From positions 192,001 through 256,000 of the forward strand of contig JBGCFC010000009.1 of assembly GCA_045106715.1 (NCBI GenBank): a stretch of DNA of 64,000 nucleotides, in the 5' to 3' direction. Below are positions 47,394 to 57,501 of this stretch, in pieces; position 1 is the first letter of the stretch; every line of letters begins with the position of its first letter. The stretch comes from Sandaracinaceae bacterium (GTDB lineage Bacteria; Myxococcota_A; Polyangia; Polyangiales; Sandaracinaceae). The position numbers and the translations under genes are program-made. The notes under the pieces were generated by a model that was not told where the DNA came from, did no database searches, and saw only the letters and a program-made list of their open reading frames with translations.

Positions 47394-49160
47394 ATGCGAG
47401 AGGAAGCCGCGCCGCCGCGTTCTGAGGAACCCGCACCCCGCAAGACGGGGGTATGGATCGCGGCGCTGGGGTTCGTCTATCTTGTCCTCTCTTTCGTCCC
47501 CGCGCCCGGCGTCTCGGGGGAGGCGTTGCAGACCACCGTCGACACGGGGCTGCTCTCGTTTCTCAACCTGACGCCCGCGGTCCGGTTGCTCAGCGCGGGG
47601 GTGCTGCTGATCGTCCCCGTGCATCTGCTGTTGATGCTGGCCGGGCGTCTGGATCGGGCTCCTCTTCGTGTGGCGGCGGCCGCGGTCTGCCTGCTGGCTG
47701 TCGCGCTCGAGGCGCTCAGCCACGCCTTCATTCTCGAGTCGATGAACTCGGTGTCGATCGGTGATGTGGTGTCGAACCCCGGGTGGGGGTTCCGCCTGAT
47801 GCTGCTCGTCTCGCGGTTGGCGGCGGCTTCGGTGGTGCTCTTTGTGCTCGGGGGCATCGACCGAACCCGAGGGGCGAGCGGCGCGCTGGTGCTCAATGTG
47901 TTCCACGCCCTGTCGGTGGCGGTCGGCGGCGCGTACTTCGCTGGCGAGCGCGTGGTGGACGGGCAGACCTCCGTGCTCGAGGGGCTCCTGATCTTGCTGA
48001 CTCCGCTGTCGGTCTTCGTGGTGGTGCTGGCGCTCTTGCTTCGCCCGCAGCGATGGCCCGTGAAGCTGGTCGGCCAGGTCGCGCTTCGCGGTGGATGGGA
48101 TGCCGCAGGGGTGGTGACGCTCGCCAGCCTTCCGGTGGCCATGCTCGGCAGTGCGATGGCCGCCGTGTCCAATACGTCGGTGGGCTTGGCAACCCTCGGC
48201 GCGGTGTTTCAGGCGCTGTTCACTGCCGGCGTGCTGTTCCTCCTCTTTCGTCGCCAAGCGGAGGCTGGGCGGCGGCCGTGGGGCCTGTTCGCGGTTAGTG
48301 CCGTGAGTGTGCTGGCCGCCGTTCCTCTCTGGGGTGCCGGTCTGCTCTCGTCGTCGTCGGGCCTCGAGCGGCTGATGTCGGGCGGCCCGCTCGAGGGCGA
48401 GGCCTCGTTTGTGTTGGTGCTGGGCGCCGAGGATGCGTTCGTCGAGGGGGACGGCGAGGCGATGGTCGAGCGGCTCGAGAGCCTCGGCGCGGAAGCGGAC
48501 GTGGTGTTGGAGTCGCCCGAACAGATCAGGCTCGCTGTGACATCGACGGACCCACAGAGCGTGGTGGGGTTGCTGCAGCCCCGTGAACTCTCCTTCCACT
48601 TCGCGATGAGCTTCCCGGAGAACCCGTACGAGGGCGACGCGCGGCTCGATCCCGTCATCGCGTTCATGCTGCGCGAGGACCCCCCAAGGCAGGTGCGCGC
48701 ATGGGACGCGTCCTGTGACGTGGCGACCGAACACATGGCGACCCCGCCGCCGGGCGCGTGCGTATGGCGGCTGGAGCGTGGCGACGTCGAGGGCGAGTGC
48801 ACCCTTCACTGTGTCGAATCGGCGCCCGTTCTCGTAAACGCGGACGTCGCCGAGGTGTCGTTGCGGGTCGACCCCTACAGCCAGATGCCGGTGGTGGCGC
48901 TCGTGTTGGCTCCCGACGCGTCCGCGCGGTTCGGCGAGGCCACGGCCGCGCGCGTGCAGGGGGTGCTGGCGATGGTGGTCGATGGAGAGGTGCTGAGCGC
49001 GCCGATGGTGCAAGCCCCGGTCACGGGAGGCCATGTTCAGATCACGATGGGTGGCTACCGATCGTACGAAGAGCTCCTCCAGGAGGCCGAGTCGGTGGCG
49101 GGCTCGCTCGGTCAAGACGGAATCTCATGGGGCCGGTTCGTGCTGCTCGAGGTCCGCTGA
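47394..49160 (+). CDS. polytopic membrane protein with SecY-like N-terminal region and SecD-P1-head-like C-terminal domain
   Basis: The N-terminus VWIAALGFVYLVLSFVPAPGVSGEAL resembles SecY TM1 with its IPIPGI motif. The C-terminus VALVLAPDASARFGEATAARVQGVLAMVVDGEVLSAPMVQAPVTGGHVQITMGGY resembles the SecD periplasmic domain (LAIVLDGKVISAPVIQ.AITGG..QISG). Confidence 0.5.
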   Translation: MREEAAPPRSEEPAPRKTGVWIAALGFVYLVLSFVPAPGVSGEALQTTVDTGLLSFLNLTPAVRLLSAGVLLIVPVHLLLMLAGRLDRAPLRVAAAAVCLLAVALEALSHAFILESMNSVSIGDVVSNPGWGFRLMLLVSRLAAASVVLFVLGGIDRTRGASGALVLNVFHALSVAVGGAYFAGERVVDGQTSVLEGLLILLTPLSVFVVVLALLLRPQRWPVKLVGQVALRGGWDAAGVVTLASLPVAMLGSAMAAVSNTSVGLATLGAVFQALFTAGVLFLLFRRQAEAGRRPWGLFAVSAVSVLAAVPLWGAGLLSSSSGLERLMSGGPLEGEASFVLVLGAEDAFVEGDGEAMVERLESLGAEADVVLESPEQIRLAVTSTDPQSVVGLLQPRELSFHFAMSFPENPYEGDARLDPVIAFMLREDPPRQVRAWDASCDVATEHMATPPPGACVWRLERGDVEGECTLHCVESAPVLVNADVAEVSLRVDPYSQMPVVALVLAPDASARFGEATAARVQGVLAMVVDGEVLSAPMVQAPVTGGHVQITMGGYRSYEELLQEAESVAGSLGQDGISWGRFVLLEVR

Positions 49161-49197
49161 CCGGGCGCGTCGCGGCGGGCCTGCTATCACTGACGGC

Positions 49198-49488
49198 GTG
49201 AGCCACATCGACATTCGCCGCCATCACGGGCTCGGCGTCGCTGGAGCGCGCGAGTGCATCGTTCAGATCGAGCGTGAGCTGGAGAGCCGGTTCGGTGCTG
49301 GGTTGGACTGGTCGACGGAGCGCACCGCGTCGGTCCGCGGTCGCGGGGTGACAGGCACGGTCGACGTGGACGACGAGGACGTGCGCATCCGGATGACCGT
49401 CGGGCTCCTGTTCCGGCCTCTCGTGCGCCGCATCGGGGTCGAGGTCGAGAAGGCGCTGGACCGCGCGTTTCCCGCTCCACCCGCCTGA
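49198..49488 (+). CDS. polyhydroxyalkanoic acid system-family small protein (PHA_gran_rgn-like)
   Basis: IDIRRHHGLG....W......RGVTGTVDV....VRIRMTVGLLFRP. GTG start inside a longer R-rich ORF. Confidence 0.5.
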   Translation: MSHIDIRRHHGLGVAGARECIVQIERELESRFGAGLDWSTERTASVRGRGVTGTVDVDDEDVRIRMTVGLLFRPLVRRIGVEVEKALDRAFPAPPA

Positions 49489-49491
49489 CGC

Positions 49492-50097
49492 TCAACGTAC
49501 GCGAAGGCCAGCGCTGCGGAGCGCTTCTCGCAACCCGTCGGCGCCTTCGAACCGGACGGCGCGCATGCCGACGGCGCGGGCGGCCTCGCAGTTGGACTCT
49601 CGATCGTCGACGAACAGACAGGCCGAGGGAGGCAGACCCAGCGCGCGCGCGGGCCCGAGGTAGGCCTCTGGGTCCGGCTTGCGGACGCCGGTGTCGCAGG
49701 AGACGAAGGTCCATTTCAGGAAGCGCGACAGCCCGACGCGCGCCTCGATGCGGTGGTACCAGCTCGGGTAGTTGCTCAGCGCGTGCATGGGTACGCCGGC
49801 GTCGCGGAGTTCTTCGAGCAGCGGCTCGATTCCATCGAGCAGCCGGTACGCCCCGAACACCGCCGCCTGGAATCCGGCTTGGTCGTAGCTCCGGCCGTCC
49901 CGAAAGAACGCGTCGAGGAACGCGGGCTCCTCCATCTCGCCGCGCTCGAAGCGCACCCACGCGTCGGGGTGCTTGCAGGAGAGCAACTCGTGCAGCTCCA
50001 TCCCGAAGAACGCGGGCATCTCGATGTGGAACGGGTCGTAGACGAGCGTGCCCATCACATCGAGCAGGAGCGCTTGCACGGGGACGTCGTGGGTCAT
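49492..50097 (-). CDS. HAD-family hydrolase
   Basis: Motif I LLDVMGTLV and motif IV FVDDRESNCEAARAVGM. Confidence 0.7.
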   Translation of the reverse strand: MTHDVPVQALLLDVMGTLVYDPFHIEMPAFFGMELHELLSCKHPDAWVRFERGEMEEPAFLDAFFRDGRSYDQAGFQAAVFGAYRLLDGIEPLLEELRDAGVPMHALSNYPSWYHRIEARVGLSRFLKWTFVSCDTGVRKPDPEAYLGPARALGLPPSACLFVDDRESNCEAARAVGMRAVRFEGADGLREALRSAGLRVR

Positions 50098-50177
50098 CGA
50101 GTCGAGATGTGGGGTGCCATGCGGACGCGCGCAAACGCGGGCTGGTCCCCGTGCCGGCCCCGCGCCAAGCTCCGATC

Positions 50178-50903
50178 ATGAGCGGCGCTCCTTCGAAGAC
50201 CAAGACCTGGGTGGTGCTCGTGACCCTGCTCGGCTTGTCGGCGGTAATGGCGTACCTGTTCACGCCGGCCGGGGAAGCCACCTGGGGCGAGCCGGAGACG
50301 GCGGATGAGGGACCGGCGCCCCACTCCGGGGCTTCTGGCGGCGGCGGCAGCACGATCGGGCCCTCGTCTGCCCTGAGCGAGGGTGCTGTCTCTCCGGACC
50401 CGGGTGCGGAATCGCGACGTGACCCGATCCCCTTGGTCGGCGACGCGGGAGCCGCGCGCAGGCGGAGTGCCGCGGGGCAGAGCAACGCGGGGCCAGGCAA
50501 CGCGGAACAGGGAAACACGGGGCCGGGCAACACAGCGATCGGCGGCACCCAGATCGGCGAGGCGGCTCCTCCAGCCGAACAAGCGCCGCGGGAGCCGGCC
50601 CCGCTGCCGGTTCAGCTCGAGGAGATGACCCCGGAGCGCGAACACCACCGCGCCGTCATCTTCCGGGATGTACTCACGCGACGGCTCGAGGACACGCGTG
50701 CGGCCGCGGCCGCTGCGCGTGCGGAGGGCAACCCCAACCGCGCCGCGCGTCTCGAGCGCCAGGCCGAACGGCTCGCCCAAGAGCTTCCACGCGTCGACGA
50801 CGTGGAACAGGCACGGACGGGCGAACCGGAGACGGACGCGCCGGACACGGACGCGCCGGACTGGTGGAGCGAAGAGATGGCCACTCCCGCCCGGCAGTGG
50901 TAG
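50178..50903 (+). CDS. membrane-anchored low-complexity (Gly/Ala/Pro/Asn-rich) hypothetical protein
   Basis: Single N-terminal TM helix KTWVVLVTLLGLSAVMAYLF. Repetitive NAGPGNAEQGNTGPGN. Acidic C-terminus. Confidence 0.45.
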   Translation: MSGAPSKTKTWVVLVTLLGLSAVMAYLFTPAGEATWGEPETADEGPAPHSGASGGGGSTIGPSSALSEGAVSPDPGAESRRDPIPLVGDAGAARRRSAAGQSNAGPGNAEQGNTGPGNTAIGGTQIGEAAPPAEQAPREPAPLPVQLEEMTPEREHHRAVIFRDVLTRRLEDTRAAAAAARAEGNPNRAARLERQAERLAQELPRVDDVEQARTGEPETDAPDTDAPDWWSEEMATPARQW

Positions 50904-50947
50904 CCGACCGACTTGCCCGACACACGCGAGCGGGGTAGGGCGGCCCG

Positions 50948-52114
50948 ATGTCCAACAAGTCCACCCGCATCGAGACCCTCGCCATTCACGCCGGCCAGGA
51001 GCCTGACCCGGTCAGCGGCGCGGTGATGACCCCCATCGTACTCGCGAGCACCTTCGCGCAGTCGAGCCCGGGTGTGCACAAGGGCTGGGAGTACGCCCGC
51101 ACCGGAAACCCCACGCGCGACACGCTCGAGCGCTGCCTCGCGGGGCTCGAGGGGGGCAGCCACGGGCTGTGCTTCGCGTCGGGGTGCGCGGCGATGACGA
51201 CGCTCCTGCACACGCTGTCCCCCGGTGACCACATCGTCGCGAGCGATGACGTTTACGGCGGGAGCTACCGCATCCTCGACAAGGTCATGGGCCCTCTCGG
51301 CATGGAGACGACGCAGGTCGACATGACCGACCCGGAGAACGTCGCCAAGGCGATCCGTCCCGAGACGAAGATGCTCTGGGTCGAGACCCCGACGAACCCG
51401 ATGCTCAAGCTCGTGGACATCGAGGCCGTCGCCGCCATCGGCAAGGCCAAGGGCGTCTGCGTCGTGGTCGACAACACCTTCGCCACCCCCTACCTCCAGC
51501 GCCCCCTCAGCCTCGGCGCCGACGTGGTCCTGCATTCGACGACCAAGTACCTGAACGGCCACAGCGATGTGGTCGGCGGCGCGCTCATCACCTCCGACGA
51601 TGCGCTCGCCGAGCGGCTCCGCTTCCTTCAGAACGCCGTCGGCGCGGTGGGGTCCGCGTTCGACAGCTACATGATCTTGCGCGGCATCAAGACGCTGCAC
51701 GTCCGGATGGACCGCCACTGCCGTAGCGCCATGAACCTCGCGACCTGGCTCGAGGCGCAGGACGGCGTGGAGAAGGTCATCTACCCGGGGCTCGAGAGCC
51801 ACCCGCAGAAGGCCATCTGCGACAAGCAGATGCGCGGTCCGGGTGGGATGATCAGCTTCGTCATCGAGGGCGGCCTGCCCGCGGCCAAGGCGTTCCTGTC
51901 CACGGTGTCGGTGTTCGTGTGTGCGGAGAGCCTCGGCGGCGTCGAAGCGCTCATCGAGCACCCCGCGATCATGACGCACGGTGCGGTGCCGGCCGCGCAG
52001 CGTGCCGAGCTGGGGATCGACGACGGACTCATCCGCATCTCCGTCGGCCTCGAGGCGGAAGACGACCTCCGGGAGGATCTCGCGGCGGCGTTGGCGGCGG
52101 CCGCGGCGGTCTGA
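50948..52114 (+). CDS. PLP-dependent cystathionine gamma-synthase/beta-lyase family enzyme (Cys/Met metabolism)
   Basis: ETLAIHAGQ, Cys/Met_Meta_PP motifs, PLP lysine region HSTTKYLNGHSDVVGG. Confidence 0.9.
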   Translation: MSNKSTRIETLAIHAGQEPDPVSGAVMTPIVLASTFAQSSPGVHKGWEYARTGNPTRDTLERCLAGLEGGSHGLCFASGCAAMTTLLHTLSPGDHIVASDDVYGGSYRILDKVMGPLGMETTQVDMTDPENVAKAIRPETKMLWVETPTNPMLKLVDIEAVAAIGKAKGVCVVVDNTFATPYLQRPLSLGADVVLHSTTKYLNGHSDVVGGALITSDDALAERLRFLQNAVGAVGSAFDSYMILRGIKTLHVRMDRHCRSAMNLATWLEAQDGVEKVIYPGLESHPQKAICDKQMRGPGGMISFVIEGGLPAAKAFLSTVSVFVCAESLGGVEALIEHPAIMTHGAVPAAQRAELGIDDGLIRISVGLEAEDDLREDLAAALAAAAAV

Positions 52115-52183
52115 ACGGTCCAAACGCTCCAGGGGTTGGACGTGTCCGGCCCCGCGTTGTTAGCCTTCGTTCAGGAGATTTCC

Positions 52184-52813
52184 ATGCGCAGACTGCTTGC
52201 CTTCACCGTCCTCCCCTTGGCCCTCTTCGGATGCGGCGACCCCGACGCCGGGAAGCTGTTCGCCGACATGCAGTACGGCACGGCTTGTCCCAGCTCCAAC
52301 CACTGCGAAGGGCCCGAGGACCGCGACATCTGCGGGATCAACGGCGGCATGGTCTGTGAGGGCTTCGAAGGCGTGACACGCGCCAGCTGCACCGTCGTGG
52401 AAGACGGGGCGGGCAACTACCTGCTCGACTTCAGCGTGGATCAGGGCCTGGGCTACTCGCTGACAGTGAGCCAGGCGATGGTGCCGATGACCGGCGGCTT
52501 CGCGGTCGGCACCAACTGCAGCGTCAGCGTCAGCGAAGGCGTGAACCGCTACAGCGCGAGCTGCATCCAGCAGGACCCGATCGGGTCGACCATGGAGGGG
52601 ACCGCGACCCCCGGGTGCCGCCTCAGTGAGGTCACCTTCCAAGACGACGAAGGCAACCCGACCATCTCGGGGCGCATCGAGTGCCGCGACATGCCCAACC
52701 AGGCCAACCGCGACCTCCAGCTGGACGTCAACGCGGTCGGCAGCAGCCCCACCAACCGTGCGGATCCGGGCCGCTTCCGCCTGGTCAACTGCCAGGGTCT
52801 CGAGTTCGAGTAG
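52184..52813 (+). CDS. Cys-rich hypothetical lipoprotein
   Basis: Signal MRRLLAFTVLPLALFGCGD. Confidence 0.55.
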   Translation: MRRLLAFTVLPLALFGCGDPDAGKLFADMQYGTACPSSNHCEGPEDRDICGINGGMVCEGFEGVTRASCTVVEDGAGNYLLDFSVDQGLGYSLTVSQAMVPMTGGFAVGTNCSVSVSEGVNRYSASCIQQDPIGSTMEGTATPGCRLSEVTFQDDEGNPTISGRIECRDMPNQANRDLQLDVNAVGSSPTNRADPGRFRLVNCQGLEFE

Positions 52814-52837
52814 CCCCGGGCCTCGCTCACCAGTGAA

Positions 52838-52880
52838 GGAAGCCGCGGAGAGTCTCTTCGCGGCTTTCTTCTCGTTGTGG
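52838..52880 (+). terminator. intrinsic terminator (hairpin AAGCCGCG...CGCGGCTT followed by TTTCTTCTCGTTGT)
   Basis: An 8-13 bp GC stem is read directly, 25 nt after the lipoprotein stop, with a T-rich tail. It lies between convergent genes. Confidence 0.45.
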
Positions 52881-52911
52881 GCTGCAACGCGACGCGCGGC
52901 GTGCCCAACGT

Positions 52912-54450
52912 TCAGGCCTTGATGGGCCGCTGCACGTGTTCTTTGCCGTCGTATCGGATGAGCGCGGGCTTGCCCTCGACGATGGTGTGCACCTCGACCG
53001 GCCGCCGCCAGACGCGGACGAGCGCGTTGAGCACCTCGCGGGCGTAGTCGAGCTTGAGGTCTACGCCCATGTGGTCGTGGGTCAGAAGGAGCTCGCCACG
53101 GTTCTCGTGGTTCTTGTCGACGACGTGGATGAACGGCTGACCGGCGTTCGTGAGGCTGAACAGGAGCTTCTCCTTGACCTCCTTGAACTGCCGGCTCTCG
53201 ATCTCGTAGCGGTCGTTGCGCTGGTTGAACCCGAACGTGTAGAGCTTCTGCGCGGCGACGAAGTCGGGCGTGAGGAACTCGTCGATGAACGTGACGTCGT
53301 TGTAGAGCTTGCGGACCTCGAAGATCTTTTTGCGACCCAGGCCCGTCCGGCGGTCCCAGCTGCGGCGCGCCTCGAGCGAGTCGCAGTCCTCCCACTCTTT
53401 GCCGAACTGCCCGCGATCCCAGCGCTCCTCGATGTGGCGGTACAGCTCGACGCCGAGCTTGTACGGGTTCAGCCGGCCGCTGCCGCTCTCCAACACCGAT
53501 GCGTTGCGCTCGGCGTAGTCGATGATCTCGGAGTCGTCGCAGACCCGCTCGGTCATCATCTTGGAGTGCCAGTACGAGGCCCAGCCCTCGTTCATGATCT
53601 TGGTCTGCATCTGGGGCCAGAAGTAGTACGCCTCCCGTCGCACCACCGCGAGGATGTCCCGCTCCCAGCGCTCGAGCGGAGCGTGGTCGAGCAAGAAGCC
53701 GAGCACATCCCGGTCGGGGTGCTCCGGGATCCGGGTCGCCTTCTCTCGCTCCTTCTCCATCTTCTCCCGCTCGGCGTCGAGGAACTCCTGCGGGTTGATG
53801 AAGTCCTCCATGTACGGGTGGTCGACGCGCAGGCGCGCGACCTCGAGCGGATCCCCGTCGCCTTCATCCTCGTCGCGGCGTGACTTGGGCGGCACAAACG
53901 GCTTCTGCGGGTCGATGAGGTTCTCGAGCGACAGGCAGCTGTCGATGAAGGTCTCCACGCGGTCGATGCCAACCCGGTCGGCCCAGCGTCGAACGATCGC
54001 GCCGTGGTTGGCCATCGTGTCGATCCACTTCCGGATCGCCCCGCCCGTCCGGGGATCGCGGCCCTGGTTCGTCGCCTGAAACGTGAAGTTGTTCTTGAAG
54101 AAGTCCACGTGCGCGTACACGTGCGTCATCACCAGCTTCTGATCGACGAGGCTGTTGCCCTCGAGCAGGTACGCGATGGCTGGGTTGTTGTTGATGACCA
54201 TCTCGTAGATCTTCGACAGGCCATACTCGGCGCTCTTCGAGAGCTGCTCGTACTCCATCCCGAAGCGCCAGTGCGGGTAGCGCACCGGGAAGCCGCCGTA
54301 CGCGGCCAGCTCGTTCATCTGGTCGTATGCGACGACCTCGAAGAGCGTTGGGAACACGTCGAGCCCGTAGTCGCTCGCGACCTTCGAGACGTCTTCCTGG
54401 ATGTCGCGGAGGTACCGTGGGAGCTGTCGGTCGAACTTGTATCCGGCCAT
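52912..54450 (-). CDS. spoVR: SpoVR-family protein
   Basis: Full-length SpoVR-like sequence ([20 protein letters not shown]..., [12 protein letters not shown]). Confidence 0.9.
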   Translation of the reverse strand: MAGYKFDRQLPRYLRDIQEDVSKVASDYGLDVFPTLFEVVAYDQMNELAAYGGFPVRYPHWRFGMEYEQLSKSAEYGLSKIYEMVINNNPAIAYLLEGNSLVDQKLVMTHVYAHVDFFKNNFTFQATNQGRDPRTGGAIRKWIDTMANHGAIVRRWADRVGIDRVETFIDSCLSLENLIDPQKPFVPPKSRRDEDEGDGDPLEVARLRVDHPYMEDFINPQEFLDAEREKMEKEREKATRIPEHPDRDVLGFLLDHAPLERWERDILAVVRREAYYFWPQMQTKIMNEGWASYWHSKMMTERVCDDSEIIDYAERNASVLESGSGRLNPYKLGVELYRHIEERWDRGQFGKEWEDCDSLEARRSWDRRTGLGRKKIFEVRKLYNDVTFIDEFLTPDFVAAQKLYTFGFNQRNDRYEIESRQFKEVKEKLLFSLTNAGQPFIHVVDKNHENRGELLLTHDHMGVDLKLDYAREVLNALVRVWRRPVEVHTIVEGKPALIRYDGKEHVQRPIKA

Positions 54451-54452
54451 GG

Positions 54453-55568
54453 CTACTTCCCCCGCCCGAGGAATTCCTTGATCGACTCGACGATGGCGTC
54501 CCGGTCACGGATCTCGCTCGTCGTGATGCGCTCGTCGTCTCCGAGGTGCTCGCGCAGATCTTTGATGAACTGCCCCGAACCGTACGGGCTCTCGACCTGC
54601 CCGTAGCAGAACACGTTCGAGGCGGGCAGCAGCGTGTTCTTCATCAGCTCGATGCAGAGCAGCGTGTCGTCGACGCTCCAGTTGTCACCATCGGAGAAGT
54701 GGAACGGGTAGATGTTCCACTCCGACGGCGGGTAGTCCTGCTCGATGATCTGCGCTGCCAGCTTGTAGGCGCTGGAGATCATCGTGCCGCCGGACTCGCG
54801 CGTCCGGAAGAACGTGTCTCGGTCGACCTCGCGCGCGACTGCGTCGTGGATGATGAAGCGCGTCTCGACGCCCTTGTATTGGCGCTGGAGCCACGCGTCG
54901 ATCCAGAAGGACTCGATGCGCACGATCTCCTTCTGCTCGTCCCCCATCGAGCCGGAGACGTCCATCATGTAGAGGATCACCGCGTTGGCCACGGGCTCCT
55001 CGTCGGTCTTCCAGGAGCGGTAGCGCATGTCATCGCGGTGCGGGATGACGATGGGGTTGTCCGGGTTGTACCGGCCCATCGTGATCTGTCGCTTGAGGGC
55101 CGCTTTGTAGGTGCGCTTGAAGTGCCGGAGTGAGTTCGGACCGACCCGACGGATGCCGACGTAGCGGTCCTTCTGGTCGATGATCTTGCTCTTGCCCTTC
55201 TGCTCGATGTTCGGCAGCGCGAGCTCCTCGCCGAGGATCTCCGCCAGCTCGTCGAGCGTGACGTCGACCTCCAGGGCGTGCTGGCCCGCGTCCTTGCCGG
55301 CTTCTCCCTGGCCGCCCGGACCGTCGCCCTCGCCTTCGCCGCCGAGCGAGTCGCCCTCGTCACCCTCACCCTGCCCGACGCCGCCCTGTTGCTTGTCGCC
55401 GTAGCGGAACTTCGGGATGTCGATCTGGGGGATCGGGATGGACACGACGTCCTTGCCCTGTTTCCCCATCAGCTCGCCCTGGGAGATGTACTTCCGCAGG
55501 TTCTTGCGGATGCGTCCGCGAACGATCTGCTTGAAGCGGCCGTGGTCCTGATCGATGCGGAGGCTCAC
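54453..55568 (-). CDS. yeaH: YeaH/YhbH-family protein (DUF444, vWA-like)
   Basis: KFRYGD, a Gly/Glu-rich low-complexity insert, [10 protein letters not shown]. Located 3 nt upstream of spoVR. Confidence 0.9.
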   Translation of the reverse strand: MSLRIDQDHGRFKQIVRGRIRKNLRKYISQGELMGKQGKDVVSIPIPQIDIPKFRYGDKQQGGVGQGEGDEGDSLGGEGEGDGPGGQGEAGKDAGQHALEVDVTLDELAEILGEELALPNIEQKGKSKIIDQKDRYVGIRRVGPNSLRHFKRTYKAALKRQITMGRYNPDNPIVIPHRDDMRYRSWKTDEEPVANAVILYMMDVSGSMGDEQKEIVRIESFWIDAWLQRQYKGVETRFIIHDAVAREVDRDTFFRTRESGGTMISSAYKLAAQIIEQDYPPSEWNIYPFHFSDGDNWSVDDTLLCIELMKNTLLPASNVFCYGQVESPYGSGQFIKDLREHLGDDERITTSEIRDRDAIVESIKEFLGRGK

Positions 55569-55608
55569 CCCTGGAGTCTACCAGGGCCCGGCGCGCCTCG
55601 CCGGTCTG

Positions 55609-56628
55609 CTACGGCGCGTAGGCGAAGCTGCCGACCGCGACGGAGATGTCTCCTTCGCAGGTGCGCCTGATCGATCCCGAGGCGGTCCCATCGGCGTCGA
55701 CCTGCGCGTTGAAGCCAAAGCCGCTCGGGAGGATGGTGCACGGCGGGACGTAAGACCCGTCGAGGCCGTCGTTCGGCGCACTCGCGACGGTGGTCCAGGC
55801 GTCGACGAATCCGAAGTTGTTGCGCCGCAAGTACGTGTGGAACGCCTCGTCGAACGCGCCGTCTGCTGTGATGAACTCCACGACCGCTTCGATGTCCAAG
55901 GCCGGCTGCGTCGGCGACGGGATGCGGCAGACGAGGAAGCCATCGTCGTAGGTCAGCCGAACCCGGATTTCGCTGTCCGGCAGGGTCTCCGGTGAGAACT
56001 CACGCGCGCGATCGTAGGGAAAGGCCGCGGTGAAGTCGTCGATGGGGATCGTGTCGAGCACCGTGCGAGGCGTGAACGTGCTGTCCTCCCCGCACGGCGT
56101 GTCCAGCGACTCGAGCAGGATGGCGCCTTCCTCGGCCAGCTCGCTGTCTCGACGGGTGCAGGCCAGGCCGCTCGCGGCGCAGACACACTCGTTCACCCCG
56201 TCGGTCGACGCGAAGCGTGCTCCGTAGCCGTAGTCGACTCCGTCGTAGGTGCATCCGGGGCCGACCCCCGCGCACACCCGGCTCGTGCACAGCGAGCTGC
56301 CGTCGGCCATGCAATCGCAGAAGTTGCAGTTGTCGCCGAGGCTGTAGCGCTCGCCCGCCGCGTGGTCCTCGAGGCAGCTCGTTGCTGCGTCGGCTCCCGC
56401 GTCCGTGAGTCCCGAATCGTCGGGACCGGCATCGTCGGGACCGGCATCGTTGGGACCGGCATCTCCGGCGTCGCTGAGCGCCGCGTCCATCGGGCCCCCG
56501 TCCACGGGACCGGAATCGACCGCGCCCGCGTCGCGGACCTGCGCATCGGGGGAGCCCGCGTCGGAGCGGACTTCGCCCCCGCAGGCAACGAGAAACAGAG
56601 CGAGCGTGAGGCTGTTAAGGCGAAGCAT
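55609..56628 (-). CDS. Cys-rich lipoprotein with DAGPD-type acidic linker
   Basis: Lipobox LFLVACGG. DAGxxDxGP repeats. Cys-rich middle domain. Confidence 0.6.
   Translation of the reverse strand: MLRLNSLTLALFLVACGGEVRSDAGSPDAQVRDAGAVDSGPVDGGPMDAALSDAGDAGPNDAGPDDAGPDDSGLTDAGADAATSCLEDHAAGERYSLGDNCNFCDCMADGSSLCTSRVCAGVGPGCTYDGVDYGYGARFASTDGVNECVCAASGLACTRRDSELAEEGAILLESLDTPCGEDSTFTPRTVLDTIPIDDFTAAFPYDRAREFSPETLPDSEIRVRLTYDDGFLVCRIPSPTQPALDIEAVVEFITADGAFDEAFHTYLRRNNFGFVDAWTTVASAPNDGLDGSYVPPCTILPSGFGFNAQVDADGTASGSIRRTCEGDISVAVGSFAYAP
56418..56462. repeat. 15-bp direct tandem repeat x3 (cgtcgggaccggcat), encoding the DAGPD linker of the lipoprotein
   Basis: Read directly. Confidence 0.6.
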
Positions 56629-56734
56629 CGGCCCAGCGTCCCAAACGCACCCGCCACGCGCCAGCCGGCGCGGACGCCTGAGAGGGATCGGAGGGGGCCT
56701 CGGTCTGTCCGAGGGACGTGGTCGGAGCTCCGGC

Positions 56735-57454
56735 CTACCGAACCTCGACCTTGTGCCTGATGCGCGCGGGATCGTCGGCGAGTCGAGGGTCGGCGGCCCG
56801 TCCCACGCCTTCTGGTACCCACAGGCAGTCGAGGTGCATCGCCAGCAGCCAGTTGATGTGGTCGGCCTCCGCCGGTCCGGTCAGCGACCGTACGAGCGAG
56901 GCGGTGTTGCCTTCACGCAGCCGCGCGCGGGAGACCCAACGGGGGAGCGAACCGCGTTCGTCGTGCCGCTTGACGTCCAGCTCGACGATGTCGCTCGCGT
57001 CCATCGTTCGAGATTGGCCCATGAAGAGCGGCTCGCGGACGGTGAGGCGTGTCCCCTCGAGTCGGAGCACGGTGTCCGCATTCCAGCGGATCACAGCCCA
57101 GAACAGGCCGACGGCCGCGATCAAAAAGAAGACGATCGCGGCGACTGTGTTCTGGGAGACCGTCATCACCCCGGGAATCACCATGAGCGCCCCGACCAGT
57201 CCGGGAAAGGCCCTCCATCGGCTTCGGCGCCACCGAATGATCAGCGGTCCGCGTTCCCCGGCCTCTCGATATCCCATGGTCTTGCGCATCGGCATCTGGA
57301 CCCACATCTGGACCGGCATCGGGCGTTGAGGCGTGACCTCGGGGAGTCGGCGGCCGCACGTCTCGCAACGCGTGGTCGGCATGTCCACGCGACACGTGGC
57401 GCACCGGAACGGCGAGGACTCTCGGTCGGGTTTGGAGTGCTTTGACAAGTCCAA
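56735..57454 (-). CDS. zinc-ribbon (CxxC...CxxC) protein with two TM helices
   Basis: FRCATCRVDMPTTRCETCG followed by hydrophobic segments. There is no ATG upstream of the ribbon (TTG or GTG start likely). Further upstream the ORF overlaps the hydrolase gene and is R-rich. Confidence 0.4.
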   Translation of the reverse strand: MDLSKHSKPDRESSPFRCATCRVDMPTTRCETCGRRLPEVTPQRPMPVQMWVQMPMRKTMGYREAGERGPLIIRWRRSRWRAFPGLVGALMVIPGVMTVSQNTVAAIVFFLIAAVGLFWAVIRWNADTVLRLEGTRLTVREPLFMGQSRTMDASDIVELDVKRHDERGSLPRWVSRARLREGNTASLVRSLTGPAEADHINWLLAMHLDCLWVPEGVGRAADPRLADDPARIRHKVEVR

Positions 57455-57501
57455 CGTCAACCCTCGGCAGGCGGGTTCCCGGATTCGGCAATCCAGAGTT
57501 G

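Noticed and set aside
43058-49115. ORFs 43058-45055 (plus), 44980-46779 (minus) and 46272-49115 (minus, 947 aa)
   Set aside because: They are antisense to uvrD, to the zinc-ribbon kinase, and to the kinase / zf / SecY-like genes. They have no motifs and R-rich composition.
50612-52123. 503-aa minus ORF
   Set aside because: It is antisense to the cystathionine gamma-synthase-family gene.
56405-57445. 346-aa plus ORF
   Set aside because: It is antisense to the lipoprotein and the zinc-ribbon membrane protein, and R/P/S-rich.
57440-57460. TTGAC-N9-GTCAA inverted repeat and TTGACA hexamer
   Set aside because: The repeat is short (5-bp arms) and lies inside the probable coding start region of the zinc-ribbon membrane protein, so it is likely chance.
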